A stretch of DNA of 63,989 nt, the filler included. It is 7 parts of 7 records of this genome, joined end to end, with 100 filler letters (N's around TTAATTAATTAA, not from the genome) between each part and the next. Parts side by side here need not be neighbours in the genome. Positions count along the whole stretch, not along the records: positions 22,866 to 40,716 come from SRR31147125_10825; 6 more parts are not named here. One strand, 5' to 3'. Below are positions 29,763 to 40,400 of the stretch, piece by piece. Under the pieces are notes generated by a model. It made no database searches. It saw only the letters and a list, made by a program, of their open reading frames with translations, and was not told the DNA's origin. Each line of letters starts with the position of its first letter. Position 1 is the first letter of the stretch. Both the position numbers and the translations under genes were made by a program.

Positions 29763-31217
29763 ATGAATTACGAACCTGTCATTGGTCTGGAAGTACATAT
29801 ACAATTACTAACGGAATCGAAAATATTTTGTTCTTGCAGCACAAAGTTTGGGGCAAAACAAAATAGTCAGGTATGTCCGGTGTGTCTCGGATTACCTGGA
29901 GTTTTGCCTGTTTTAAATAAAAAAGTCGTGGATTTTGCGATAAAACTGGCACTTGCAACAAACTGTAAAATCAATAAACACTCTATTTTTGCAAGAAAAA
30001 ACTATTTTTATCCTGATTTACCCAAAGGGTATCAAATATCTCAATTCGAGGAACCATTTTGTGAACATGGAATCCTTGAAATTTTAGATGGAGATGGATC
30101 GCAGAGAAACATCCGAATTCTTCGAATTCATATGGAAGAGGATGCGGGCAAATCGATGCATTCCGAATCCTATGTTTCTAAAAATGAAACTCTGGTTGAT
30201 GTGAACCGATGCGGCGTGCCATTGCTGGAGATGGTAAGCCAACCTGACCTCCACTCTCCTAAAGAAGCTTACAACTATCTGTATCTGATCCGTCAAATTG
30301 TAAGATACCTTGGTATCTGTGATGGAAATATGGAAGAAGGCAGCCTTCGGTGCGATGCCAACATCTCAATGCGCCCTGTGGGTTCGGAAAAGCTGGGAGT
30401 TAAAACAGAAGTTAAAAACATGAACTCAATTCACAATGTTGAAAAAGCGCTCGAGTTTGAAATTGCCCGTCAAACTAAAGTATTGCAAGCCGGCGGCCAC
30501 ATCACTCAACAAACTCTTTTATGGGATGCCGACCGCAATGTAGCGGAACCCATGCGCAGTAAAGAAGAATCTCATGATTACCGCTACTTCCCAGAGCCAG
30601 ACCTCGTACCTATTGAAGTAGACCAAAAGTGGATTCAAGAAATCTCTGAAACATTGCCGGAACTACCTCAAATAAAAAAACAACGATTTATGGAGGAATA
30701 CAATATTCCCTCTTACGATGCCGATATGCTGACAGAAGACCTTGCAACAGCAGACTATTTTGAAAAGGTCGCCCAAAATGTAAAAGATAAAAAAACAGTT
30801 AGCAACTGGGTTATGGGCGAGGTAAGGAGAGCACTTAATAAAGAACAATGTGAAATCTCTCAACTGAAAGTAACACCTCAATATCTCTCAGATATCATCA
30901 ACATGATCGAGGATAAAACGATAAGTGGCAAACTCGCCAAAGTTGTTTTTCAGGAAACACTTAACACAGGCAATACACCAAAACAAATCGTAAAAAATAA
31001 AGGTTTGGAGCAAATCACAGACACCAGCTCGATTGAAAAAGCAGTCGAGGAGGTACTCCAAAACAATCCAAAGGAGCGTCAAGAATATCTTGATGGTAAA
31101 GAAAGATTACTTGGATTTTTTATTGGTCAGATTATGCGGGCTACTTCAGGAAAAGCAAATCCCAAAGCAGTCAATGATATATTACGGGACAAACTCTCCC
31201 AATTAAAGAAAAATTAA
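29763..31217 (+). CDS. gatB: Asp/Glu-tRNA amidotransferase subunit B
   Basis: VIGLEVH, RKNYFYPDLPKGYQISQ, HMEEDAGK and YRYFPEPDL motifs. Confidence 0.97.
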   Translation: MNYEPVIGLEVHIQLLTESKIFCSCSTKFGAKQNSQVCPVCLGLPGVLPVLNKKVVDFAIKLALATNCKINKHSIFARKNYFYPDLPKGYQISQFEEPFCEHGILEILDGDGSQRNIRILRIHMEEDAGKSMHSESYVSKNETLVDVNRCGVPLLEMVSQPDLHSPKEAYNYLYLIRQIVRYLGICDGNMEEGSLRCDANISMRPVGSEKLGVKTEVKNMNSIHNVEKALEFEIARQTKVLQAGGHITQQTLLWDADRNVAEPMRSKEESHDYRYFPEPDLVPIEVDQKWIQEISETLPELPQIKKQRFMEEYNIPSYDADMLTEDLATADYFEKVAQNVKDKKTVSNWVMGEVRRALNKEQCEISQLKVTPQYLSDIINMIEDKTISGKLAKVVFQETLNTGNTPKQIVKNKGLEQITDTSSIEKAVEEVLQNNPKERQEYLDGKERLLGFFIGQIMRATSGKANPKAVNDILRDKLSQLKKN

Positions 31218-31348
31218 TAAACATTTCATTCTGTTCAGCTGATTCTGAATAACGGACAGAAGGGTGTCCTTAAACGAGTGAATTTTATTTAGCTTTAAAA
31301 AACGAACATTAAAAGAAATACTTTACGAAGCGTAGCTAGTGAACCACA

Positions 31349-31378
31349 GCCCGATTTTTTATGTCGGGTTATTTTTAT
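31349..31378 (+). terminator. Intrinsic terminator
   Basis: GCCCGAT...GTCGGGT hairpin followed by a T-rich tail. Confidence 0.55.
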
Positions 31379-31437
31379 TAAAAAATGGGAATGTTGCTTA
31401 CACAGTAAAAAAGCTTTAAAACAACCAGAATAAATCG

Positions 31438-31466
31438 TTGACACTGTTAAATAAATTTTATAGATT
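31438..31466 (+). promoter_or_regulatory. Sigma-70 promoter for efp-acc operon
   Basis: TTGACA, 17 bp, TAGATT. Confidence 0.7.
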
Positions 31467-31531
31467 TGCGCACATTAAATAAACAATGTCAATTAAATGT
31501 AATATGTTTCATTAAATAAGGTAAGTTAAGA

Positions 31532-32092
31532 ATGGCTTCAACATCAGATTTCAGAACTGGCATGATCCTGGTTATTGATAAAGACTTGTGGTCTATAGTC
31601 GAATTTCAACATGTAAAAATGGGGCGAGGCGCCGCATTTGTCCGATCCAAATTAAAAAACATCCAATCAGGTAAAGTTGTAGAAAAAACATTTAGAGGTG
31701 GAGAAAAAGTCGAACAAGCTCGTGTCGAACGACGAACCATGCAGTATCTCTATAAGGAAGGTGATCAGCTGGTCGTCATGGATAATGAAACGTACGATCA
31801 AATATCTATCGATGGTAGCTTGTTAGCCAATGGTATTGATTTTCTAAAAGAAGGCGAGACCCTGAGTTTGCTTATGCACGGTTACAATCCTGTTGGCGCG
31901 GAAATGCCAAACTTTGTTAATCTCACCATTACATCAACTGAGCCTGGTTTAAAGGGTGATACCGTCTCCGGTGCAACAAAAAAAGCTGTGTTGGAAACGG
32001 GAGGAGCTGTCCAGGTACCGCTTTTTATTGAACAGGGCGAAAAGATCAAAGTCGATACAAGAAGTGGAGAATACATCGAACGTGTTAAATAA
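31532..32092 (+). CDS. efp: Elongation factor P
   Basis: HVKMGRGAAFVR, TEPGLKGDT and VPLFI..GEKIKVDTR motifs. Confidence 0.96.
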   Translation: MASTSDFRTGMILVIDKDLWSIVEFQHVKMGRGAAFVRSKLKNIQSGKVVEKTFRGGEKVEQARVERRTMQYLYKEGDQLVVMDNETYDQISIDGSLLANGIDFLKEGETLSLLMHGYNPVGAEMPNFVNLTITSTEPGLKGDTVSGATKKAVLETGGAVQVPLFIEQGEKIKVDTRSGEYIERVK

Positions 32093-32127
32093 TTCGTTAG
32101 CTCACAACACTCTTTAAAGGAGATATT

Positions 32128-32610
32128 ATGCGAGCAAAACACATCCAAGAGCTCGTCAAGATTGTTGAAGATAGCAACATAAATGAACTGGAAATCACCA
32201 AATGGTGGGGTCGCAAAGTCCGTATCAGCAAAACAGGTTCTTCTCATGCACAGGTTATTAGTCCACAGGTATACGCTCATGCTGAACCTAAAACGGAATC
32301 CGTAAGCGCCGCACCCGTACAAGAAAATATCGAGGCAAAAGCCGCCTCATCCGGTACGGATTCTTCAAATCTTATCGAAATAAAATCCCCTATGGTCGGC
32401 ACCTTTTATCGTGCTCCAGCTCCGGACGCAGATCCTTATATAAAACAAGAAGATACGATCTCGCCGGGATCTGTTTTATGCATTATCGAAGCAATGAAAT
32501 TAATGAATGAGATCGAAGCCGAAATTAGTGGTCGGATCGCTAAAATTTTAGTGGAAAACGCTCAGCCTGTTGAATTCAATCAACCTTTGTTTCTTGTTGA
32601 ACCATCTTGA
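32128..32610 (+). CDS. accB: Biotin carboxyl carrier protein
   Basis: SPMVGTFY and EAMKLMNEI motifs. Confidence 0.96.
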   Translation: MRAKHIQELVKIVEDSNINELEITKWWGRKVRISKTGSSHAQVISPQVYAHAEPKTESVSAAPVQENIEAKAASSGTDSSNLIEIKSPMVGTFYRAPAPDADPYIKQEDTISPGSVLCIIEAMKLMNEIEAEISGRIAKILVENAQPVEFNQPLFLVEPS

Positions 32611-32734
32611 TAGCGGAGCCCATAATCAAACGGATACTCTCGCTTCCTTCGAGTTGTAGGATTGAAAACGTGTTGCTTTCATTTTTATAATTCTTTGAAT
32701 GACATGTTCTTTTCATTTTAATTAAGGGTCAAAT

Positions 32735-34090
32735 TTGTTTCAAAAATTATTAATTGCTAACCGTGGTGAAATTGCGCTTCGAATAATTCGTGCTTGCAAA
32801 GAGCTTGGCATCTCAACTGTGGCCGTTTACAGTCTTCCTGATGCTGATAGTCTTCATGTACGATTCGCCGATGAAGCCGTTTGTATCGGCCCGGGGCCAA
32901 GTCATGAAAGTTACCTTAGCGTACCTAATCTGATCAGCGCCGCTGAAATCACGAATGCAGATGCCCTCCATCCTGGCTATGGTTTTTTAGCAGAAAGCGC
33001 TCATTTTGCCGAAATTTGCGAATCATGCAATATTCATTTTATCGGCCCTTCTCCTAAAATTATAACAAAGATGGGAGACAAAGCGTTTGCCAAAGATTCC
33101 ATGCGAAAAGCAGGAGTTCCGGTCATTCCAGGTACTGATGGCCTGATTGATGATATCGAGCAGGCATATGTGATAGCTGATAAAATTGGATATCCGGTCA
33201 TTGTCAAAGCGTCGGCAGGTGGCGGTGGACGCGGTATGAGAGTTGTTCGTGAAAAAGCTGAACTGGAAAATGCAGTCAGAACAGCCATGGCTGAAGCACA
33301 ATCCGCTTTTAATAATCCGGCTGTGTACATGGAACATTATTTTGAGAATCCACGTCACATTGAAATCCAAATAATTGGCGATAATTTTGGAAATGTGGCA
33401 GCCCTTGGCGAACGCGAATGTTCTATTCAGCGAAAGCACCAAAAATTACTGGAAGAATCACCATCTCCGGCTGTAGATCTAAAAACGCGTAAAGCCATGA
33501 GTGATGCTGCCATCAAAGGAGCAAAACAGGTTGGCTATAATAGTGCTGGAACAATAGAATTTTTACTTGATCATGATGGCCGTTTTTATTTTATGGAAAT
33601 GAATACACGAATCCAGGTTGAACACCCGGTAACTGAAATGGTTATCGGAGCCGATCTGATCAAAGAACAAATTTTGGTAGCCGCCGGAGAAAAATTATCC
33701 GCCAACTACCAGAGTTACAAGCTCCGTGGGCACGCCATCGAATGTCGTATTAATGCGGAAGATCCTGAGCATGGTTTTCGGCCATGCCCTGGTAAAATAA
33801 CCAGTTTTCATGAACCTGGTGGGCCGGGAGTCCGCGTGGACACACACGCTTACGCTCAATATGTTATCCCTCCCTACTATGATTCACTTATCGCAAAAGT
33901 GATTACACACGGCAAAAATCGTGAGGAAGCTATCAAAAGAATGGAACGTGCTCTTGAGGAATTTATAATCGAGGGCATTAGTACAACAATCTCTTTACAG
34001 AAGAAAATTTTAAAAAACGAAACTTTTCGGAATGGAAATTTTGATACAAAATTTTTAGAAGATTTTGACTTTAATAATATTGGAGGCTAA
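32735..34090 (+). CDS. accC: Biotin carboxylase
   Basis: [26 protein letters not shown] and [10 protein letters not shown] motifs. Confidence 0.96.
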   Translation: MFQKLLIANRGEIALRIIRACKELGISTVAVYSLPDADSLHVRFADEAVCIGPGPSHESYLSVPNLISAAEITNADALHPGYGFLAESAHFAEICESCNIHFIGPSPKIITKMGDKAFAKDSMRKAGVPVIPGTDGLIDDIEQAYVIADKIGYPVIVKASAGGGGRGMRVVREKAELENAVRTAMAEAQSAFNNPAVYMEHYFENPRHIEIQIIGDNFGNVAALGERECSIQRKHQKLLEESPSPAVDLKTRKAMSDAAIKGAKQVGYNSAGTIEFLLDHDGRFYFMEMNTRIQVEHPVTEMVIGADLIKEQILVAAGEKLSANYQSYKLRGHAIECRINAEDPEHGFRPCPGKITSFHEPGGPGVRVDTHAYAQYVIPPYYDSLIAKVITHGKNREEAIKRMERALEEFIIEGISTTISLQKKILKNETFRNGNFDTKFLEDFDFNNIGG

Positions 34091-34470
34091 TGATGAACGT
34101 CCCTCAAGATTTACGTTACACGGAAGAACATGAATGGATTAAAATCACTGATGATGTTGTCACAATTGGTATTACAGATTACGCGCAGGGTGAATTAGGC
34201 GATGTCGTCTTTGTCGAACTTCCAGAAGTAGGAACAGAACTTCAGCAAATGCAGGTATTCGGCACAATTGAAGCTGTCAAGGCGGTATCAGATCTGTTCG
34301 CTCCGGTCTCCGGCCAGGTCCTTGAAGTAAACTCAAATCTTACTGATGAGCCTGAATCCGTCAACAAAGATCCATATGGCAGCGGCTGGATGATAAAAAT
34401 CAAAGCGAGTGCACCGGAAGAAATTGAAAATTTGATGGATAGCGACTCTTATTCAGACAAAATCAAATAG
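34090..34470 (+). CDS. gcvH: Glycine cleavage H protein
   Basis: HEW, GITDYAQ..LGDVVFVELP and lipoyl-site EAVKAVSD. Confidence 0.96.
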   Translation: MMNVPQDLRYTEEHEWIKITDDVVTIGITDYAQGELGDVVFVELPEVGTELQQMQVFGTIEAVKAVSDLFAPVSGQVLEVNSNLTDEPESVNKDPYGSGWMIKIKASAPEEIENLMDSDSYSDKIK

Positions 34471-34500
34471 TTTTTTATCTCTTTCTTACGGAGTTTCTTT

Positions 34501-35841
34501 ATGCCATTTATCCCAAACACCAATTCTGACCAGGATGAAATGCTCCGAAAAATCGGGGTAAATAACTTTGAGGATCTTTTAAGCAATATTCCATCTGAGC
34601 TCCTTTTCAAAGGCGATTTGAAATTACCAAAGCCAATGTCAGAATTTGAGGTGACAGAGTACCTACGCCAGTTATCCCTGGATAATGAAAACTGCCTTGA
34701 TAATATCTGCTTTCTTGGCGCTGGCGCCTATGATCATTTTGTTCCTTCTGTTGTCAAACATATTTTATCACGTTCTGAATTTTATACGGCCTACACGCCG
34801 TATCAGGCTGAAGTCAGTCAGGGGACTCTTCAGGCAATCTATGAGTATCAGACAATGATCTGTGAATTAACAGGCATGGACGCAGCCAATGCTTCCATGT
34901 ACGATGCCGGATCAGCACTTGCCGAGGCTGCCCTGCTGGCATGTCATCATACCAGACGGACCACCATAGCTGTTTCCGCTACATTAAATCCTAAATATAT
35001 TCGTACGATACAGACCTATTGCCGGGGACAAGCAATAACAATCAAACAGATCCCAGCCAATAATGGTATCACAAGCGTGGAAAGCCTGTCTGAGATCCTT
35101 GATGATGATACAGCAGCCGTGTTTATTCAACACCCCAACTATTTTGGCTGCCTCGAACCTGTTGAAGAACTTTCCAGAATTTCTCATGAAATGGGAGCTC
35201 TTTTAGTCACTTCAAACGATCCGATATCTTTGGCTTTACTTCAGCCACCTGGTTCTTATGGTACAGATATTGCGACTGGAGAAGGACAGAGCTTGGGTAA
35301 TCAATTGAACTTTGGCGGGCCTTATTTGGGATTGTTTGCAACCAATAAAAGCCTTTTACGTAAATTACCCGGCCGCATAGTAGGACAGACTGTAGACACC
35401 AATGGTAAGCAAGGTTTTGTCTTGACGTTGCAAACCCGTGAACAGCACATACGCCGGGAAAAAGCCACCTCAAATATTTGTTCTAACGAGGCTTTAAATG
35501 CCCTTGCCGCTGCAGTCTATTTGGCTCTTCTGGGTAAGCAGGGTTTTAAAAAAGTAGCAGACTTGTGTCTGCAAAAAAGTCACTATTTAGCGGATAAAAT
35601 AAATAGTCTGGAAGGTTATAGATTAAAATTTAATCAGCCCTTTTTTAAAGAATTTGTTGTCGAGTGTGATGTCCCGGCAAAAAAAGTAATTGATGCACTT
35701 TTGCCACACAACATCTTTGCCGGTGTTGACTTGTCATCCACTCATCCGGATTTGGAAAATTGTTTTTTATGCGCGGTAACAGAAAAACGCACAAAACAGC
35801 AATTAGACTATTTTGTTGACAAATTACGGGAACTAAATTAA
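34501..35841 (+). CDS. gcvPA: Glycine dehydrogenase subunit 1
   Basis: FLGAGAY, TAYTPYQAEVSQGTLQ and TREQHIRREKATSNIC motifs. Confidence 0.95.
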   Translation: MPFIPNTNSDQDEMLRKIGVNNFEDLLSNIPSELLFKGDLKLPKPMSEFEVTEYLRQLSLDNENCLDNICFLGAGAYDHFVPSVVKHILSRSEFYTAYTPYQAEVSQGTLQAIYEYQTMICELTGMDAANASMYDAGSALAEAALLACHHTRRTTIAVSATLNPKYIRTIQTYCRGQAITIKQIPANNGITSVESLSEILDDDTAAVFIQHPNYFGCLEPVEELSRISHEMGALLVTSNDPISLALLQPPGSYGTDIATGEGQSLGNQLNFGGPYLGLFATNKSLLRKLPGRIVGQTVDTNGKQGFVLTLQTREQHIRREKATSNICSNEALNALAAAVYLALLGKQGFKKVADLCLQKSHYLADKINSLEGYRLKFNQPFFKEFVVECDVPAKKVIDALLPHNIFAGVDLSSTHPDLENCFLCAVTEKRTKQQLDYFVDKLRELN

Positions 35842-36118
35842 CTGTTTTTCCGTTAAAATGAAAGTTGCTATAGAGGCGAAGAGTTAAATTCAAAAAGAGC
35901 TTGATTGTTTTTAGACAAATTTGTACTTTTTATTTTAGGATAATATTGAAAGTTAAAGGAGAATGCCTATACAAGTTGTTTTAAGGTTTCGATTGAACTA
36001 ATTTTAATTTATTGGAATTTATAAAATTGGGAAAACGATTAGTATTTCATAAGACATAACTAATTGTTTTAAAGATCACCTTTTAGCAAGCTTGTAACAG
36101 GCTAACCGTATATTTTAG

Positions 36119-36182
36119 ACCGAATGTCTACGGCAAAAGTCCTCTTACAGGTGAGGTAGCTCTGAGCATTCGGCTTTTTTTT
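36119..36182 (+). promoter_or_regulatory. Structured leader with terminator-like stem upstream of PorV gene
   Basis: CCGAATGTC ... GAGCATTCGG encloses a CCTC/GAGG hairpin and is followed by T8. Confidence 0.4.
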
Positions 36183-36246
36183 GACGAACGGAGTTACCAC
36201 TCGACATTAGAAAACAACGTAATTCCGTATTTTTAGGAGGTAAGTA

Positions 36247-37350
36247 ATGAGAAAACTGTTCCTTGCACTAGTAATCACATCCATGTTAATATTTACAGTA
36301 TCTGAATCTTATGCTGTGAGTGAATCTGCGGCTCTGTTTTTGCTAATTGCACCGAACGCCCGCGCCGCTGGTATGGGTGAAGCTTTTGTAGCTGTGGCAG
36401 ATGATGCATCCGCCGTTTTTTGGAATCCAGCTGGTCTGGCATTTCAAAAAGGTCGGGAAATCACTCTGACACACGCAAACTGGTTACCAGATTTTGCTGA
36501 TGACTTGTTTTATGACTTTGGAACCTACATCCAATCTATCGAAGGAATTGGTACAGTTGGTTTAAATGTCACATATTTAAATATGGGTAAACAATTTTAT
36601 ACCGGCGAAGACAGCCCTGAAGTCCTGGGTGAATTTTCGAGCTATGAATTTTCCGTTTCCGGAACATATGGAACTCTCCTGAGTGAGAATTGGGGAATCG
36701 GCGTTGGCCTGCGTTATATTCGATCAAACCTGGCTGGTTCCAATATTCAGGTTGGGGCACAACAAGGCGATGGAAAAGCAAACGCATTCTCCTTTGATTT
36801 GTCCACATTATACAAAGTCCCGTTTATACCAAAACTCAGTCTGGGACTTAATCTCTCCAACATGGGCCCTAAAATTACTTACGTAGATGCAGCTCAGGCA
36901 GATCCTTTACCAACAAACCTTAAAGTCGGATTTGCTTATAAACTCGTTGACTCAAAGTATAACAGGCTGACTCTTGTTGGTGACCTGAACAAATTAATGG
37001 TAAAAAGAAATGCTGATGGCACATCAGATGATTTTTACAAAGCACTCTTTACTTCACCGTGGACCATCAAAGAAACAGAAACTCTCAATACAGGTGGAGA
37101 AGATGAAGAGGTTGTAAAAGAAAATACGATATTTAATGGTATTTTGAGCGGTGGCTTTGAGTATTGGTACAGTGATTTAATTGCTTTGCGTGCCGGTTAC
37201 TATTGGGACGAGCCTGGTAAAGTTAAATTTGTATCATTTGGTGCTGGCATCCAATATCATGTCTATCGCTTTGATTTTGCGTATGTCAACGCTGACGAGG
37301 GACATCCATTAGCAGGAACAATGCGCTTCTCGTTGACCCTGGGTATATAA
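36247..37350 (+). CDS. PorV/PorQ family outer-membrane beta-barrel (T9SS-type)
   Basis: FLLIAPNARAAGMGEA, FWNPAGL, NMGPKITY..DPLPTNL, EYWY..ALRAGY, and a C-terminal RFSL. Confidence 0.85.
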   Translation: MRKLFLALVITSMLIFTVSESYAVSESAALFLLIAPNARAAGMGEAFVAVADDASAVFWNPAGLAFQKGREITLTHANWLPDFADDLFYDFGTYIQSIEGIGTVGLNVTYLNMGKQFYTGEDSPEVLGEFSSYEFSVSGTYGTLLSENWGIGVGLRYIRSNLAGSNIQVGAQQGDGKANAFSFDLSTLYKVPFIPKLSLGLNLSNMGPKITYVDAAQADPLPTNLKVGFAYKLVDSKYNRLTLVGDLNKLMVKRNADGTSDDFYKALFTSPWTIKETETLNTGGEDEEVVKENTIFNGILSGGFEYWYSDLIALRAGYYWDEPGKVKFVSFGAGIQYHVYRFDFAYVNADEGHPLAGTMRFSLTLGI

Positions 37351-37371
37351 CACATTTGTCTTATCCCCTTT

Positions 37372-37422
37372 AAAAGGCAAGGGTTATAACTGAAATAACA
37401 GTTGTATCCTTTGCCTTTTTTT
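37372..37422 (+). terminator. Long terminator hairpin
   Basis: AAAAGGCAAGGGTTATAACTG / CAGTTGTATCCTTTGCCTTTTTTT. Confidence 0.7.
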
Positions 37423-37478
37423 GCTATAATAGTTCTATTTTAAATAAAAGGAAAAGTGCTTAATAACTGGATCTACTG

Positions 37479-40400
37479 ATGAAAAAATATCTGTACGTGC
37501 TTTCTGGTTTTGTTTTAATGCTGTCCTTTCCTGCTTTCGCCAAAACCTCTTCACTCACAAAATCACCAATTTATCCTAAAAAGACCTTTACCCACGTTAC
37601 AACGGTCGATCCTTTGAATGTCAGGGCAAATTACTTTAACCCAACCTTAGCTGCAACAAAGAGTGAAACTGACACAATTCGTGTGCTGGCTCTTAGGGTA
37701 GAATTTGAATCAGATAACCTGGCAACCACGACTGGTGATGGACGTTTTAACAAAAGTGAGACAAGTGACTTTTTAATTGACAGACCGCCACACAACAAAA
37801 GCTACTTTGAAAATCAACTGTTGGCTTTAAAAAATTATTTTAAGCGTATTTCCAAAGGTCAGCTTATTCTTGATTCATCTGTTTTTCCGCTGGGAGAAAA
37901 TGATGCCTACCAGCTGCCTCAAAATATCGTTTATTACAGTGGGCAGGGCGATGAAGAACTGCAAAAGAAGGGATGGGCTGAATTACTCAGGGATGCAATT
38001 AATGCTGCAATGAATGATGAAGATCCTGGTTTTTCGCAATACGATGTACTTGTTGTCTTTCATGCCGGCGTCGGCTCGGACTTTGCCTTTGATTTCGATC
38101 CCACTCCATTCGATATACAATCCGCGTTTATTGATTTTGAAACACTACGGGAAACATTAGCTGAAAATGATGCTTCTTATCCAGGCATACCTGCGGGACC
38201 GGATTTTTATATCAAAGAAGGTATCATTCTACCTGAAACCCAGAATCAGGAAGATCAAGACCTTGCCATGCTGGGCACAATGACATTACTCATGGGCAGC
38301 CAACTGGGAATGCCGAATCTATATGATACCGAATCAGGAAACGCGGGAATCGGCCGTTGGGGTTTAATGGATCAGGGATCCTTTAATTTTCAAGGTCTCA
38401 TTTCAGCGGAGCCGGATGCCTGGACCAAGGTATTTATGGGTTGGGAAGATCCTGTTCTGGTGACCTCTGGTGAAAATCTTGCTATAGGCATCAATCAAAG
38501 CATGTCACCCCATATCTACAAAATCCCAATTAGTTCACATGAATATTTTCTGATAGAAAATCGTCAAACTGACTGGAATGGAGATGGCATCACCATTGGC
38601 CGTGATGAGAATGGCAAACGAGCTGAATTTGATTCTACAGGTACCATAGCCGTGGAGGAAGGAATCGGTGTTATCACCTCCATTGACGAATATGACTTTG
38701 GTATACCTGGCTCGGGAATATTAATATGGCATATCGATGAGCAGGTTATCGCGGATAATCTGCAAACCAATACGATAAATAACAATCGTGATCACAGAGG
38801 TGTCGATCTCGTTGAATGCGATGGCGCCCAGGATTTGGGATATAGTTACAATTTATTCTCTGCCGGCTTTGGCACAGAATCAGGTGATTATTTTGATCCT
38901 TATTGGCGCGGTAATGAGTCACACAAAATTGTTAACGATACAGACGTTGTTGAACTATCACCTTTTTCGATCCCGAATAGCAACGCACATAATGGCGCAA
39001 TAACACATATCCGGTTTTATAACTTTAGCGGCCGGGATTCTGTTATGACTTTTTCTGTCGCGTCTGATTTGGCACAGGATGGATTTCCTCAATATGCCGG
39101 CACAGGATTCAGCTCCGGGGCACTGTTGAGTATAAATCAAAACGAAACAAACGGATCCGCCATCTTTGCAGCTTCTAAAAACGGTCGCATTCTGGCCTGG
39201 AAGGGTGATGGCTCACGTCTGATAGAGAATAATGAAAAAGTGACTATTCAGGATGCAACTGGAAAAGACATAACGTACGATCTGGCACTTTTTGCAACAA
39301 CAACAGATTCCATCTATTTACCCCTTACGAGTGAAGACATTAACAGTGACGGAAGCATTGATCTGATCGCATTGGATAATGGCGGAACGCTCTATATTTG
39401 GACAACCAAAGACGCAGATGCAGACGGACGAGCCGACCTGGTGCAGGAATTAGATCTTGGCGCAAGACCAACGGCCGGTCCCATGATCCTTTCTCCTGAT
39501 TATACATCTCTGCAATCCTCGAGCATCATCGTTGGCCTGGAGAATGGATCTGTGCAGGTTTATCGCTGGAACACAAACAAGTTGGAACTATTTACGAACA
39601 TTGAAACCAACGCCGGAGTCATAACAGGGCTTGCCGGGATACCGCAGGACTATGCAGACTTGGTAGCAACTACAAATAATAATATTTTTGCTATTGCCGC
39701 TGCCGGTACAATATTGTGGCAAACCGGTATTTCGCCTGCAGGATTGACAACTCAGCCTCTAGTTGCACATATTGATAACTATCAGGGTCCTCACATTGTA
39801 GTGATTTCAAATGGTGGCGATATTCTGACTTTTTCTGATGATGGACATCTGCTTGAGAACTATCATGTTACGGCACCATTTGAATCTCTAAGCGCACCCG
39901 GTTGGGGCGACATCGATACGGATGGTTTACCGGAAATATTGCTTTCTTTAGGCAATAGTTTTAGTGCATTTGAGCTTACAGGTGTGCCCACATCAAATTT
40001 TCCTGTGCCGTTTGCCCTGCCGGAAGACCTAAATCCATCCCAGACAGGTGCTCCGCTTCTTTTTAAAAGTGATGAAATGACAAATCCAACGGTCTTTGTA
40101 CCCACTCCTGATGGTTTGATCAGATCATATAATCTAAACGCTGTTTCTTTAAGCGGTTTTCCATTAACAACAAGCAAACAGATTACAACAACTCCTATCC
40201 TAAGTAACATAGACGCAGACAACCATGTGGAACTAACTGTGCTCTCTGAGGATGGATTTCTGTATGCCTGGGATTTACCCTATTCCTCTGATAATATAAA
40301 CGACTATTGGACCCATTGGGGTGGCCGGATCACCAGAACATTTGATTATAGCGGTAGTGTTGCACAGGTAACAAGTACTGGCACACTTTTACCAACAAGC

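Noticed and set aside
36119-36200. c-di-GMP-I riboswitch upstream of porV
   Set aside because: GGCAAA and GTTACC-like pieces are present, but the GAAA tetraloop/GACGCAAAGC core is missing. Kept only as an unknown structured leader.
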